DNA of 64,000 bases from the NCBI GenBank assembly GCA_964540145.1, contig CAZILS010000001.1, positions 19,640 to 83,639 on the forward strand. Direction: 5' to 3'. Both the position numbers and the translations under genes were made by a program. A model generated the notes under the pieces. It searched no databases and had not been told where the DNA came from. It worked only from the letters and a program-made list of their open reading frames with translations. Of the stretch, positions 57,224 through 64,000 are shown one piece after another. Positions within the stretch are counted from its first letter, which is position 1; each line of letters starts with the position of its first letter. Source of the DNA: an uncultured archaeon. Its GTDB lineage: Archaea; Iainarchaeota; Iainarchaeia; Iainarchaeales; CAZILS01.

Positions 57224-57324
57224 TCAATTTCCCCGGATAAATGTTGTTCTAACTCCCTTTAAATCCTTAGCCAGCAGGGTAGAGATTTCCGGTGTGGGTT
57301 ATGTATAAAACCACGCCCACTTTT

Positions 57325-57555
57325 TTATTTTTCCTTCTTCTTCGCATGGAATTCGGCATTGGCCCTCTCAATTACCGCGACCAAATCCTCAAGGTCTTCT
57401 TTGGTCGGGTTTTCGGGGACATAAAGGGCATGCACATTATCCTTCCGCTTGACCGCCTTCGCTTTCCCTGCCTGAACTGTTGTTGGCATAGTATCTATGT
57501 GTGTGAAGGTTGCTTTAACCCTTCCCCCACAACCAATAAATACCGCCTTGCGCAT
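57325..57555 (-). CDS. Hypothetical small protein (76 aa)
   Basis: Its composition is more protein-like than the overlapping plus-strand ORF. No motif recognised. Confidence 0.35.
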   Translation of the reverse strand: MRKAVFIGCGGRVKATFTHIDTMPTTVQAGKAKAVKRKDNVHALYVPENPTKEDLEDLVAVIERANAEFHAKKKEK

Positions 57556-57564
57556 ATCTCTCAC

Positions 57565-57900
57565 ATGGTTTCGCTGAAAACGCTTTCAATTCCCGTTGCG
57601 GCAATAGGCCTCCTCCACGCCGCCTACCGCCGCTCTCCCCTGGTCCATAAGGTAATTTATGCCCCCGAGGAGAAGAAGGAGATAATCACTTTGCCGCTCC
57701 TCGACTTCTCGCTTTCGGAGTCGCAGCAGCGCATGCTGGAGGCCATAAAGGAGGATTCGAGCATCGCCGGCCTTGCGGAAAAGGTCGGGCAGTCCAGGGC
57801 GATGCTTTACCGCCACATAAAGGAGCTCAAGGCAAAGGGCCTCCTTGAGGATAGCGACGGCTTTAAGGCCACTGATGCGGGAAAAATAGCGGTGATGTGA
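57565..57900 (+). CDS. Winged-helix transcriptional regulator (start uncertain)
   Basis: SESQQRMLEAIKEDSSIAGLAEKVGQSRAMLYRHIKELKAKGLL. Its stop overlaps the next ATG (ATGTGATGG). Confidence 0.5.
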   Translation: MVSLKTLSIPVAAIGLLHAAYRRSPLVHKVIYAPEEKKEIITLPLLDFSLSESQQRMLEAIKEDSSIAGLAEKVGQSRAMLYRHIKELKAKGLLEDSDGFKATDAGKIAVM

Positions 57901-59207
57901 TGGGCGGCAGCCTTAACCTTTTTTGGAGGGAGCCTATACTGCCAAAACCGGGCCGCATGGAGGAAAAAGAAAACAACGTAACCCATGCTTTCCTCGCCAC
58001 CCTCGCAAACGACAGGGCAGTCACCGCCGCCCTTTTGCAGGAAATACTTTCAAAATCTAGCTTGCGCAATGCCGCAAGTGCACTGGGCCGCTCCCCTGAG
58101 TTCGATTTTCAGGTAAGCGAATCCAGAAAGGCAGAGTTACGAACAAAACAGGTGCAGATAATACTTTTCATAGACTCTGAATATGACGAGTCTCTAGTTG
58201 CGGATACTGCGTTTCATCCTATCCCTGAAGCGGGTCCCCAAAATCGCGATTCGGGCACAGGCCGCGACAGACCCGACGGCCTCATCCTCGGAAAGAACGC
58301 CGCAGTGCTCATCGAGTCCAAAATACGGAAATGCAACCCGCAAGCAAGGGAAGAGCAGATTGGCCGCTATAACCGGGTTTTTTTCGGCGGCGCGGCCAGC
58401 AAGGTATATTTAACTTGGCAGCAACTATATAGGTGGCTTTCCCGCCGGAACAGCAAAGAAACAATAACAAAACATTTCCTAAAGTATTTGGAGGCGATAA
58501 ACTTGAGCGGATTCAGGGGAATACCCTTTTTTGATAAAAAAAACGAATGGAATGATGCTGAGGCAGAAGCGGTTGCAAAGGAACTCAGCGCGGAGCTAAA
58601 AAAGTGGTTTGACACGGAAAACGTGGGATTGTCTATGAACATCCGCCCAAAAGGGAAAAAAGCGGGCCTTTGGGATTATTTTTATTACCCTGCGCTTGCG
58701 GAAAAGGCAAAGAAGTCAGGCCCCCAATCCATACCCCACATGGCAGTTTATATGAATTCAAACCATTTTGGGATATCAGTAACATTCAACAAAAAAGCGG
58801 TCATAAAAAAAATATTGGGCTCGGAAAAGCGGTATTCCGAATTTTTTGAAAAGGTAAAGGGGCTTTCTAAAAACCCCGATGCCTATCTTGCCCTAAACCA
58901 TTACAAAATGCTCGCCCATAAACGCGAGTACAAACACAACCGCCAGGGCCCAAAATACGAGGATTTCAAGCTCGAATACCAGCTCTCACGGCTCAAAAAC
59001 AACCCTGCCGAGGAAGATTTTTTTAAGAGCTTGATGAAATTATCCCTAAGAATCCCCCTGAAAGAAATAGCTCTATTAGAAAAGTTTTATTACGAGGATT
59101 CATCCGATAACAAGGTTTTTTGCGATGGAGAATCCGCCTTGAAAAAGATAAAGTCGGTAATAACCGGCTTGAAACCGAATTATGAATTCATTGCAGGGCT
59201 AATTTAA
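57900..59207 (+). CDS. PD-(D/E)xK nuclease-fold protein with an uncharacterised 260-aa C-terminal region
   Basis: EEKENNVTHAF...DRPDGLILGKNAAVLIESKIRK (D...E-x-K at nt 58266-58322). Confidence 0.55.
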   Translation: MGGSLNLFWREPILPKPGRMEEKENNVTHAFLATLANDRAVTAALLQEILSKSSLRNAASALGRSPEFDFQVSESRKAELRTKQVQIILFIDSEYDESLVADTAFHPIPEAGPQNRDSGTGRDRPDGLILGKNAAVLIESKIRKCNPQAREEQIGRYNRVFFGGAASKVYLTWQQLYRWLSRRNSKETITKHFLKYLEAINLSGFRGIPFFDKKNEWNDAEAEAVAKELSAELKKWFDTENVGLSMNIRPKGKKAGLWDYFYYPALAEKAKKSGPQSIPHMAVYMNSNHFGISVTFNKKAVIKKILGSEKRYSEFFEKVKGLSKNPDAYLALNHYKMLAHKREYKHNRQGPKYEDFKLEYQLSRLKNNPAEEDFFKSLMKLSLRIPLKEIALLEKFYYEDSSDNKVFCDGESALKKIKSVITGLKPNYEFIAGLI

Positions 59208-59283
59208 TTGCCACATTTTTTGCAGGCATTGCGCCCGCGCCCCGGCGCAGCCCAAGGCGAGGGCATCCATAACCAACCGCATA

Positions 59284-59308
59284 AACCTCTCCCGCTTCGT
59301 GCAGAAAA
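59284..59308 (+). repeat. Left copy of a 25-bp direct repeat AACCTCTCCCGCTTCGTGCAGAAAA
   Basis: 24 of 25 positions are identical to 63644-63668. Confidence 0.85.
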
Positions 59309-59342
59309 AGCTGGATGAGGCAAGCAAATAGGACTGATTTAC

Positions 59343-61781
59343 CTATTCTCCAATAATCCAATTGGTCTTGCCGCAGTTACAAGAAAGAGTTTTCCCCCCT
59401 TTTTCCAGAGGCGCCTTGCACTCATTACAATTAAATAGCGCAAATAAATCTTTAAATGCAGTTACAACTGGTGTGAAATCAGCTTTACTGAAGTTAGCCC
59501 ATTTGTTATAATGGACATTTTCATTAATCGCCCATTGCTCTACTTGGGATCGGGCAATTACTTTTCCCGCGTATTTTTCTATCTCACTTAATTCATCCAA
59601 CAAACTTTTGTTATTATATTTGCTTGCATTTTCCTTGGCACGTTTTAAATAATCTTTGTATGTGCCGATTGCAGCAGCAGTCAATTCTCCTAAATCCCAC
59701 CTAAAGCGCTCGTTATAGGGAACTTTGGCAGCAAGCAACGAACAAACCTCACTAAAAAAACATTCTGCATTCTTTCTTAGTTCAAAAGATGCCCCCGCAA
59801 TATTGTTCTCACCCAGTAGGTGATTAATTCGATCCCACAAATCTTCATCGTTTTTAAAAGTAGGTCCTGATTCAACATGCCAATTTAGAAACTGTATGCT
59901 GTTTGACTTACTGACAATCCCCTCACTCTTGAGCTGCTTTGCCCAGATTGTGTCATGAGTTGTTATTACAAACTGAGTATCTGGAAAAAACTTTTTTAGT
60001 AATTGGCACACTTTTCGCCTATGGTCGTTATCAATAGACATAACAACATCATCTAAAATAACCACCTTTATGTTTTCCCGAGATAAATATTTATTCAACG
60101 CTAGAAATAAACAAATCCCCATGCTGTCTTGGTGGCCTTCACTATGCAATGCGTGCGGTGGAACCATCGCTCTACCGTAGAAATCTACTTCAAAATTCAA
60201 CGCGGCCCCTGTGTGCGAAAACATCGCTGAGAAATTATCTTCATCTTCAGAATGAAGTGTCTTATAGAATATCTCAAAATCTTGTTTAATTTTTTCATAC
60301 AGCTCTCTTAGGACTTTGTCACGGGATTGTTTAAATAATTCCAGTGCTAACTTGGCCCTGCCGTTCAGAAGTTTTTTTCTTTTTTTAATATTTGCCTTTT
60401 CTTCATATTGGCTCCACAAAATCTCTATCTTTGAAAGGGTGTTGCGCGTATTCTCTTTTTTGGATACTCTATCCCCGATTTCTCTAACCTTATTTTCTAA
60501 GGGGCTTAGCAAATTCTTCTCTACTGCGCCCTTGGCTAAAGTTTCTTCTAAACTCACTTCCGGAAATTTATTGTTTTCAATCAATTTTTCAGGGTCTTGC
60601 AAAGTTGACATCCACAAAGAAAGACCTACAATGGTTTCGTTCACAACCGCTTCAGAATCAGGAGTTATGCGGAGTTGCTTTTTTGCTTTACTAAGTTTAG
60701 TTAAGTTGTCTCTTAGTAAATCTATTTTTTCAAGAGAAATCTTAAATAATGCCTTAAGTTGGTCATGTTTTTCTTTATTAGATTCTATTCTTTTTTTTCT
60801 ACGTTCCAAATGTTCTATAAACTTGCCTTCGGTCCAGCTTTGTCCGCATAATGGACATTGGGAAGAGTCTCCTGTTAGTTGAATGCCGGCCTCCAATAAC
60901 CTAATTTGATTAAGATAGTTTTTAAGCTCCGCATCCTTGCGGATGTTTTCAATAATTGATTTTATTTTATCAATCTTTTCAAAAACACCTTCTTTTTCAA
61001 GCAGCGCATTTTTAGCACCTAATATAAACTTTCTTATTTGTGTAATCGTGAAATGGTCTTGCTCGTTGTGATATTCTGCACCCCCCGCACCTTTTATTTT
61101 TTCTATTGTCAATTCATCAATTTTTATAGCGCCCAAATCTTTTTTTAGCAAATTTATTTTTGCGAGCAACTCTTCTTTAGAAAAAGAATTAATCGAAAAC
61201 AGATTGCATATCTCGTTCTCAGATTTTTTTAATTCTCGTTCTGCATTTCCAAGTTCCTGCTCAGAGCGGTTGTTGACTGTGCCAAGAGTCTTACGGAGGT
61301 CTTCAATGACTGATAAATCCAAAAGTGCTTGTATTTGTTCGCCTCTTTTTCCAGCCTCCGCAGTTATGTAACTAAGAATTTCTCTACGCGACAAAATGTA
61401 TTGCCCAATCCGTGATTTTTCAAAATATGATTCAACTAAGGCCTGTTTGCCGATAGGATCGACCTTGATCTTTCGAGGATCACTAATACTACGGCATATT
61501 GTTAATTTTTCTCCACCAAGTTCAACTTTTGCAGATATTGTCGCATTCTCCAAATTCTTTTGGGAGTCAACATGACAGCCGTGCTCCCCCAATTTTAGGC
61601 ACCTTGTTCCCTCCCCCGTAAGCCGCGAAATCTTCCCGGAAACCAGAAAATCAATAGCATCAACCACTGCACTTTTTCCTGTACCATTAGGTCCAAAAAT
61701 CACAAGGTTCTCGCCTTTTGGCGTGAATGAAGCGTCTTTTATTCCCCGGATATTTCTGATCTGGAGTTCATTAATCTTCAC
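59343..61781 (-). CDS. Rad50/SbcC-like ABC ATPase with a coiled-coil zinc hook and an extra C-terminal domain (RloC/PrrC-like architecture)
   Basis: Walker A GPNGTGKS, CPLCG hook (nt 60846-60857) inside a roughly 370-aa coiled coil, signature LHSEGHQDS, Walker B VVILDDVVMSID, H-loop FVITTHD. The C-terminal domain has LRKNAE, NENVHYN and CNEC...CNCG. GTG start. Confidence 0.75.
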   Translation of the reverse strand: MKINELQIRNIRGIKDASFTPKGENLVIFGPNGTGKSAVVDAIDFLVSGKISRLTGEGTRCLKLGEHGCHVDSQKNLENATISAKVELGGEKLTICRSISDPRKIKVDPIGKQALVESYFEKSRIGQYILSRREILSYITAEAGKRGEQIQALLDLSVIEDLRKTLGTVNNRSEQELGNAERELKKSENEICNLFSINSFSKEELLAKINLLKKDLGAIKIDELTIEKIKGAGGAEYHNEQDHFTITQIRKFILGAKNALLEKEGVFEKIDKIKSIIENIRKDAELKNYLNQIRLLEAGIQLTGDSSQCPLCGQSWTEGKFIEHLERRKKRIESNKEKHDQLKALFKISLEKIDLLRDNLTKLSKAKKQLRITPDSEAVVNETIVGLSLWMSTLQDPEKLIENNKFPEVSLEETLAKGAVEKNLLSPLENKVREIGDRVSKKENTRNTLSKIEILWSQYEEKANIKKRKKLLNGRAKLALELFKQSRDKVLRELYEKIKQDFEIFYKTLHSEDEDNFSAMFSHTGAALNFEVDFYGRAMVPPHALHSEGHQDSMGICLFLALNKYLSRENIKVVILDDVVMSIDNDHRRKVCQLLKKFFPDTQFVITTHDTIWAKQLKSEGIVSKSNSIQFLNWHVESGPTFKNDEDLWDRINHLLGENNIAGASFELRKNAECFFSEVCSLLAAKVPYNERFRWDLGELTAAAIGTYKDYLKRAKENASKYNNKSLLDELSEIEKYAGKVIARSQVEQWAINENVHYNKWANFSKADFTPVVTAFKDLFALFNCNECKAPLEKGGKTLSCNCGKTNWIIGE

Positions 61782-61941
61782 GAGGTGATGCCCCCAGTAA
61801 TTTTTCGACCGTATTATCCGTTGCGTTCCCTTTCCTAATTAGTTCGATTAGCTCTTTTGATATCCCGGAGAATAACTCATTGCCTTCAAGCGATTTTTCA
61901 AATTCATAAAAAACACTTTCCGGCACGGTTTTCGCTGTCAA
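61771..61941 (-). CDS. Small acidic protein (56 aa if started at the TTG)
   Basis: TTG lies 5 nt after GAGGGTG, begins 11 nt past the HD gene stop, and the ORF overlaps the ATPase start by 11 nt. The longer track ORF overlaps the HD gene. Confidence 0.35.
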   Translation of the reverse strand: MTAKTVPESVFYEFEKSLEGNELFSGISKELIELIRKGNATDNTVEKLLGASPRED

Positions 61942-61951
61942 AAAAACACCC

Positions 61952-62938
61952 TCACTTAAGATAAATATTCGTCCCAAAATCCTTGCTGTAAACGAAATTA
62001 TCCTCGGTTTCGGCGTTTTCCTTGTAGTCAATCATTTGCATCGCCAATGCATCCAGCTCGTCGGCCTTTGCAATAATAAACGCCTCCGGGAAGCTCGGCA
62101 GTTTCGGGCAGCCATACTCGAGGCAACCGTGGTGGCTTATTAGGATGTGGAGCAGCTTGTCCTTAAGTATTTCCGGGATTTCCCCGCCATCCAGTTTATG
62201 GGAGAGCATTTGGACCCCAAGCGTTATGTGCCCCAGCAGATTCCCCCTATCGGTGACCTTTATCAGGGAGGTTGTTTCAAACTCCTCGATTTTTCCGATG
62301 TCGTGGAGTACCGCTCCCGCCACAAGGAGATCCCTGTCCAACTTATGATATTTCGCGAGGTCTGTGCAGATATTTACAACGCTGAGCGTGTGCTCGAGCA
62401 GCCCTGAAACCCAGCCGTGGTGTTTGTACATCGCGCCGGGGCTGCTCTTGAACCGCCCTACAAAATCGTCATCATCAAAAAAGGAGCCAAGCACCTTTTT
62501 GAGGCCTGCATTTTCAACGGAATCAATGTGCTTCTTCAGCTCAGCAAACATCTCTTCGGCATCCTTCCCGCTCGCCCTCACAAAATCGCTTAATTCATAT
62601 TCTTCCGGCTTCAGCAGCTTTATCCCGCCCTCGTTTACGCTAAGCTCGAGCTTCCCGTTGTATTCGTTTACCGCGCCCTCGACATAAACCACGGAGTCGT
62701 TTTTTATGAGGTTATAGAGCTCCTCGACTTTCGCCTTATCCTCCCCGCCCCAGTACTTGAGCATCATGTCCCCGAGCGAATCCTGCACTTTAAGGCTGAA
62801 ATAATAAGTTCCGCGCTTAGTCTCCTGCACCGGCTTCTTGAACCTGACCGCAAACAGGTCCTTTACCTGCTCATTGGCCTTCAGCTCGTTCAGGGTCTTT
62901 TGTTTCTTGTACAAGTTTTCACCATTAATAATGGGCAC
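61952..62938 (-). CDS. OB-fold plus HD-domain phosphohydrolase/nuclease (YhaM-like)
   Basis: N-terminal OB fold (YFSLKVQDSLGDMMLKYWG...VYVEGAVNEYNGKLEL). HD domain KHHGWVSGLLEHT, LHDIGK, LGHI, ISHHG, KADELDA. GTG start with AGGTG upstream. Confidence 0.8.
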   Translation of the reverse strand: MPIINGENLYKKQKTLNELKANEQVKDLFAVRFKKPVQETKRGTYYFSLKVQDSLGDMMLKYWGGEDKAKVEELYNLIKNDSVVYVEGAVNEYNGKLELSVNEGGIKLLKPEEYELSDFVRASGKDAEEMFAELKKHIDSVENAGLKKVLGSFFDDDDFVGRFKSSPGAMYKHHGWVSGLLEHTLSVVNICTDLAKYHKLDRDLLVAGAVLHDIGKIEEFETTSLIKVTDRGNLLGHITLGVQMLSHKLDGGEIPEILKDKLLHILISHHGCLEYGCPKLPSFPEAFIIAKADELDALAMQMIDYKENAETEDNFVYSKDFGTNIYLK

Positions 62939-63095
62939 CTAAACACCTTTAATATGGGCCCCGGCATATTTCCTAACAGCTGTACAAATTCCTTTCCGCC
63001 GGAATTCAATGCCCTCCGAGCGGAGCAAGGCGGAGGAGGCGGAACACGGAACCCTTATAAATAAGTTCAACTAAGTTTATATTAGGCGGTATTAT

Positions 63096-63356
63096 ATGGG
63101 CAAGACAGTCACCATGAACATAAAGGTAAGCGATTACACAAGCAGGGTTTTGGGGGTTGTGAAGGAGAAATACGGCCTCAGGGACAAGGGCCAGGCGCTG
63201 GACAGGTTCGCGGACATGCACGGCGAGGAATTTGTCGAGCGTGAGGTGAAGGACTCATACCTCAAAAAACTGCTGAAAATAGAGGAAGAACACCATAAAA
63301 AGCACCCCGACCGAAGGATGTCCCTGAAGGAACTGGACAAACTGTGCGGGAAGTGA
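63096..63356 (+). CDS. Antitoxin-like protein (paralog of 53367..53624)
   Basis: YTSRVLGVVKEKYGLRDKGQALDRFADMHGEEFVE...HPDRRMSLKELDKLCGK. Confidence 0.65.
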   Translation: MGKTVTMNIKVSDYTSRVLGVVKEKYGLRDKGQALDRFADMHGEEFVEREVKDSYLKKLLKIEEEHHKKHPDRRMSLKELDKLCGK

Positions 63357-63360
63357 GCTT

Positions 63361-63645
63361 TTGCCCCTTGAGTTTGATTTTTCGGATAAGCTCAGGAAAA
63401 TAATGGATGCCCTCCGCAGGAAAGACCCGAAAAAAGCAGAGATAATCCGCCGCAAGGCAAGGGAGATAGTGAGTTGCGACGAATTGTCAATAGCGCGCTA
63501 CAAAAATCTCCGCCATGGCCTGAAAGGCAGGAAACGTGTGCACATAGGCAAGAGTTTTGTCCTCACATTCAAATACGACCAAGCCCGGAATTTCATCCTT
63601 TTTTTGGATTTTGACCACCACGACAATATCTATAAGAAGAAGTAA
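63361..63645 (+). CDS. RelE/ParE-family toxin (intact copy)
   Basis: YKNLRHGLKGRKRVHIGKSFVLTFKYDQARNFILFLDFDHHDNIYKKK. TTG start 5 nt after the antitoxin stop. Confidence 0.7.
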   Translation: MPLEFDFSDKLRKIMDALRRKDPKKAEIIRRKAREIVSCDELSIARYKNLRHGLKGRKRVHIGKSFVLTFKYDQARNFILFLDFDHHDNIYKKK

Positions 63646-63668
63646 CCTCTCCCGCTCCGTGCAGAAAA
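63644..63668 (+). repeat. Right copy of the 25-bp direct repeat AACCTCTCCCGCTCCGTGCAGAAAA
   Basis: 24 of 25 positions are identical to 59284-59308. It overlaps the relE stop codon. Confidence 0.85.
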
Positions 63669-63771
63669 TCCGGATAAAACCACAAAGCAGCGGGGTTTCC
63701 TGAAGCGAGTATTTGCGAAGGTTGCAGATTGCAGCAACAGGTATTTATAACAGAATAGGGTTACTTTCTAC

Positions 63772-64000
63772 ATGTTTGACGGTCCGTTAACAGATTACGA
63801 TAAGTCTATCCAAAAGGCAATGCGGAAACAAGACAAGGACTTCAAAAAGAGCCTTTCCCTCTTCGACCAACTTCCTCCAAGAAAGAAGAAAAAGCTCAAA
63901 AAGAGGAAAAAGAGCAGCAAGAAAAAAACATCTTCTTGGGGACGCCCCGCCCAAAACTATCATAGAGTCCCTGTTGGAATTCCGCCGGAATTTGTGATTT
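63772..64000 (+). CDS. Hypothetical protein, 3' end beyond the window (Lys-rich)
   Basis: ATG with GTATTTATAAC about 25 nt upstream. The frame is open to the window edge. Confidence 0.35.
   Translation, partial: MFDGPLTDYDKSIQKAMRKQDKDFKKSLSLFDQLPPRKKKKLKKRKKSSKKKTSSWGRPAQNYHRVPVGIPPEFVI

Larger units (their letters stand above)
41131..57305. repeat. Dispersed intergenic motif TACATAAC (11 exact copies, 2 variants)
   Basis: Plus strand: 41131, 42691, 47642, 48141, 52228, 53151, 53918, 54805. Minus strand (GTTATGTA): 54263, 54788, 57298. Variants TACATAAT: 42764 (+) and 54906 (-). All copies are outside the coding calls made here. Confidence 0.8.

Noticed and set aside
57292-57564. N-terminal 91 aa of the 202-aa plus-strand ORF
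   Set aside because: The translation is Phe/Leu/Cys-rich and unprotein-like (FLFFLLLRMEF, CLNCCWHSIYVCEGC). It is antisense to a more plausible 76-aa ORF. Only the C-terminal wHTH part was kept.
61942-62031. Upstream 30 codons of the 86-aa minus-strand ORF
   Set aside because: This part overlaps the 3' end of the OB-HD gene in another frame. A TTG at 61941 with a GAGGGTG ribosome-binding site just after the HD stop gives a non-overlapping model.
62994-63992. 13-mer TTCCGCCGGAATT present at 62994 and 63980, flanking the relE cassette
   Set aside because: Exact 13-mer matches are expected by chance many times in a 64-kb window (on the order of tens of pairs). There is no extended similarity around them.

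Overview
The window is archaeal. Evidence: an A-type ATP synthase operon in the order atpHIKECFABD, radA, RPA, TFE, aTrm56, GGGP synthase, class I LysRS, and an initiator tRNA with an A1:U72 pair. Genes are tightly packed, and many have a TATA box about 25-35 nt upstream of the ATG. That fits a small-genome (possibly DPANN-like) archaeon, but this lineage call is only a guess.

Positions 1-40 kb are mostly core genes:
- ftsY, and an srp54 interrupted by an intein
- rtcA, the ATP synthase operon, nth, tpiA
- a long RelA/SpoT homolog
- a MacB-like ABC exporter cluster
- lysS, serS and three tRNAs

From tRNA-iMet (40.1 kb) onward the sequence becomes accessory-like:
- an iteron-like array and a XerA-like tyrosine recombinase (40.2-44.2 kb)
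- a short recurring intergenic motif, TACATAAC, with 11 exact copies, all between 41 and 57.3 kb
- toxin-antitoxin cassettes, one with a frameshifted toxin
- a C-protein/Vsr/HNH/C5-methyltransferase module
- a wHTH plus PD-(D/E)xK nuclease pair
- an AT-rich operon flanked by 25-bp direct repeats. It encodes an OB-fold/HD nuclease, a small protein, and an 812-aa Rad50/RloC-like ABC ATPase with a zinc hook. This is my best candidate for an undescribed defence or DNA-end-sensing system.

All product calls rest on motifs I recognised by eye in the translations. No database search was run. Start codons were adjusted by hand where the ORF track used GTG/TTG starts or ran into a neighbouring gene. 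No CRISPR array and no rRNA gene were seen.
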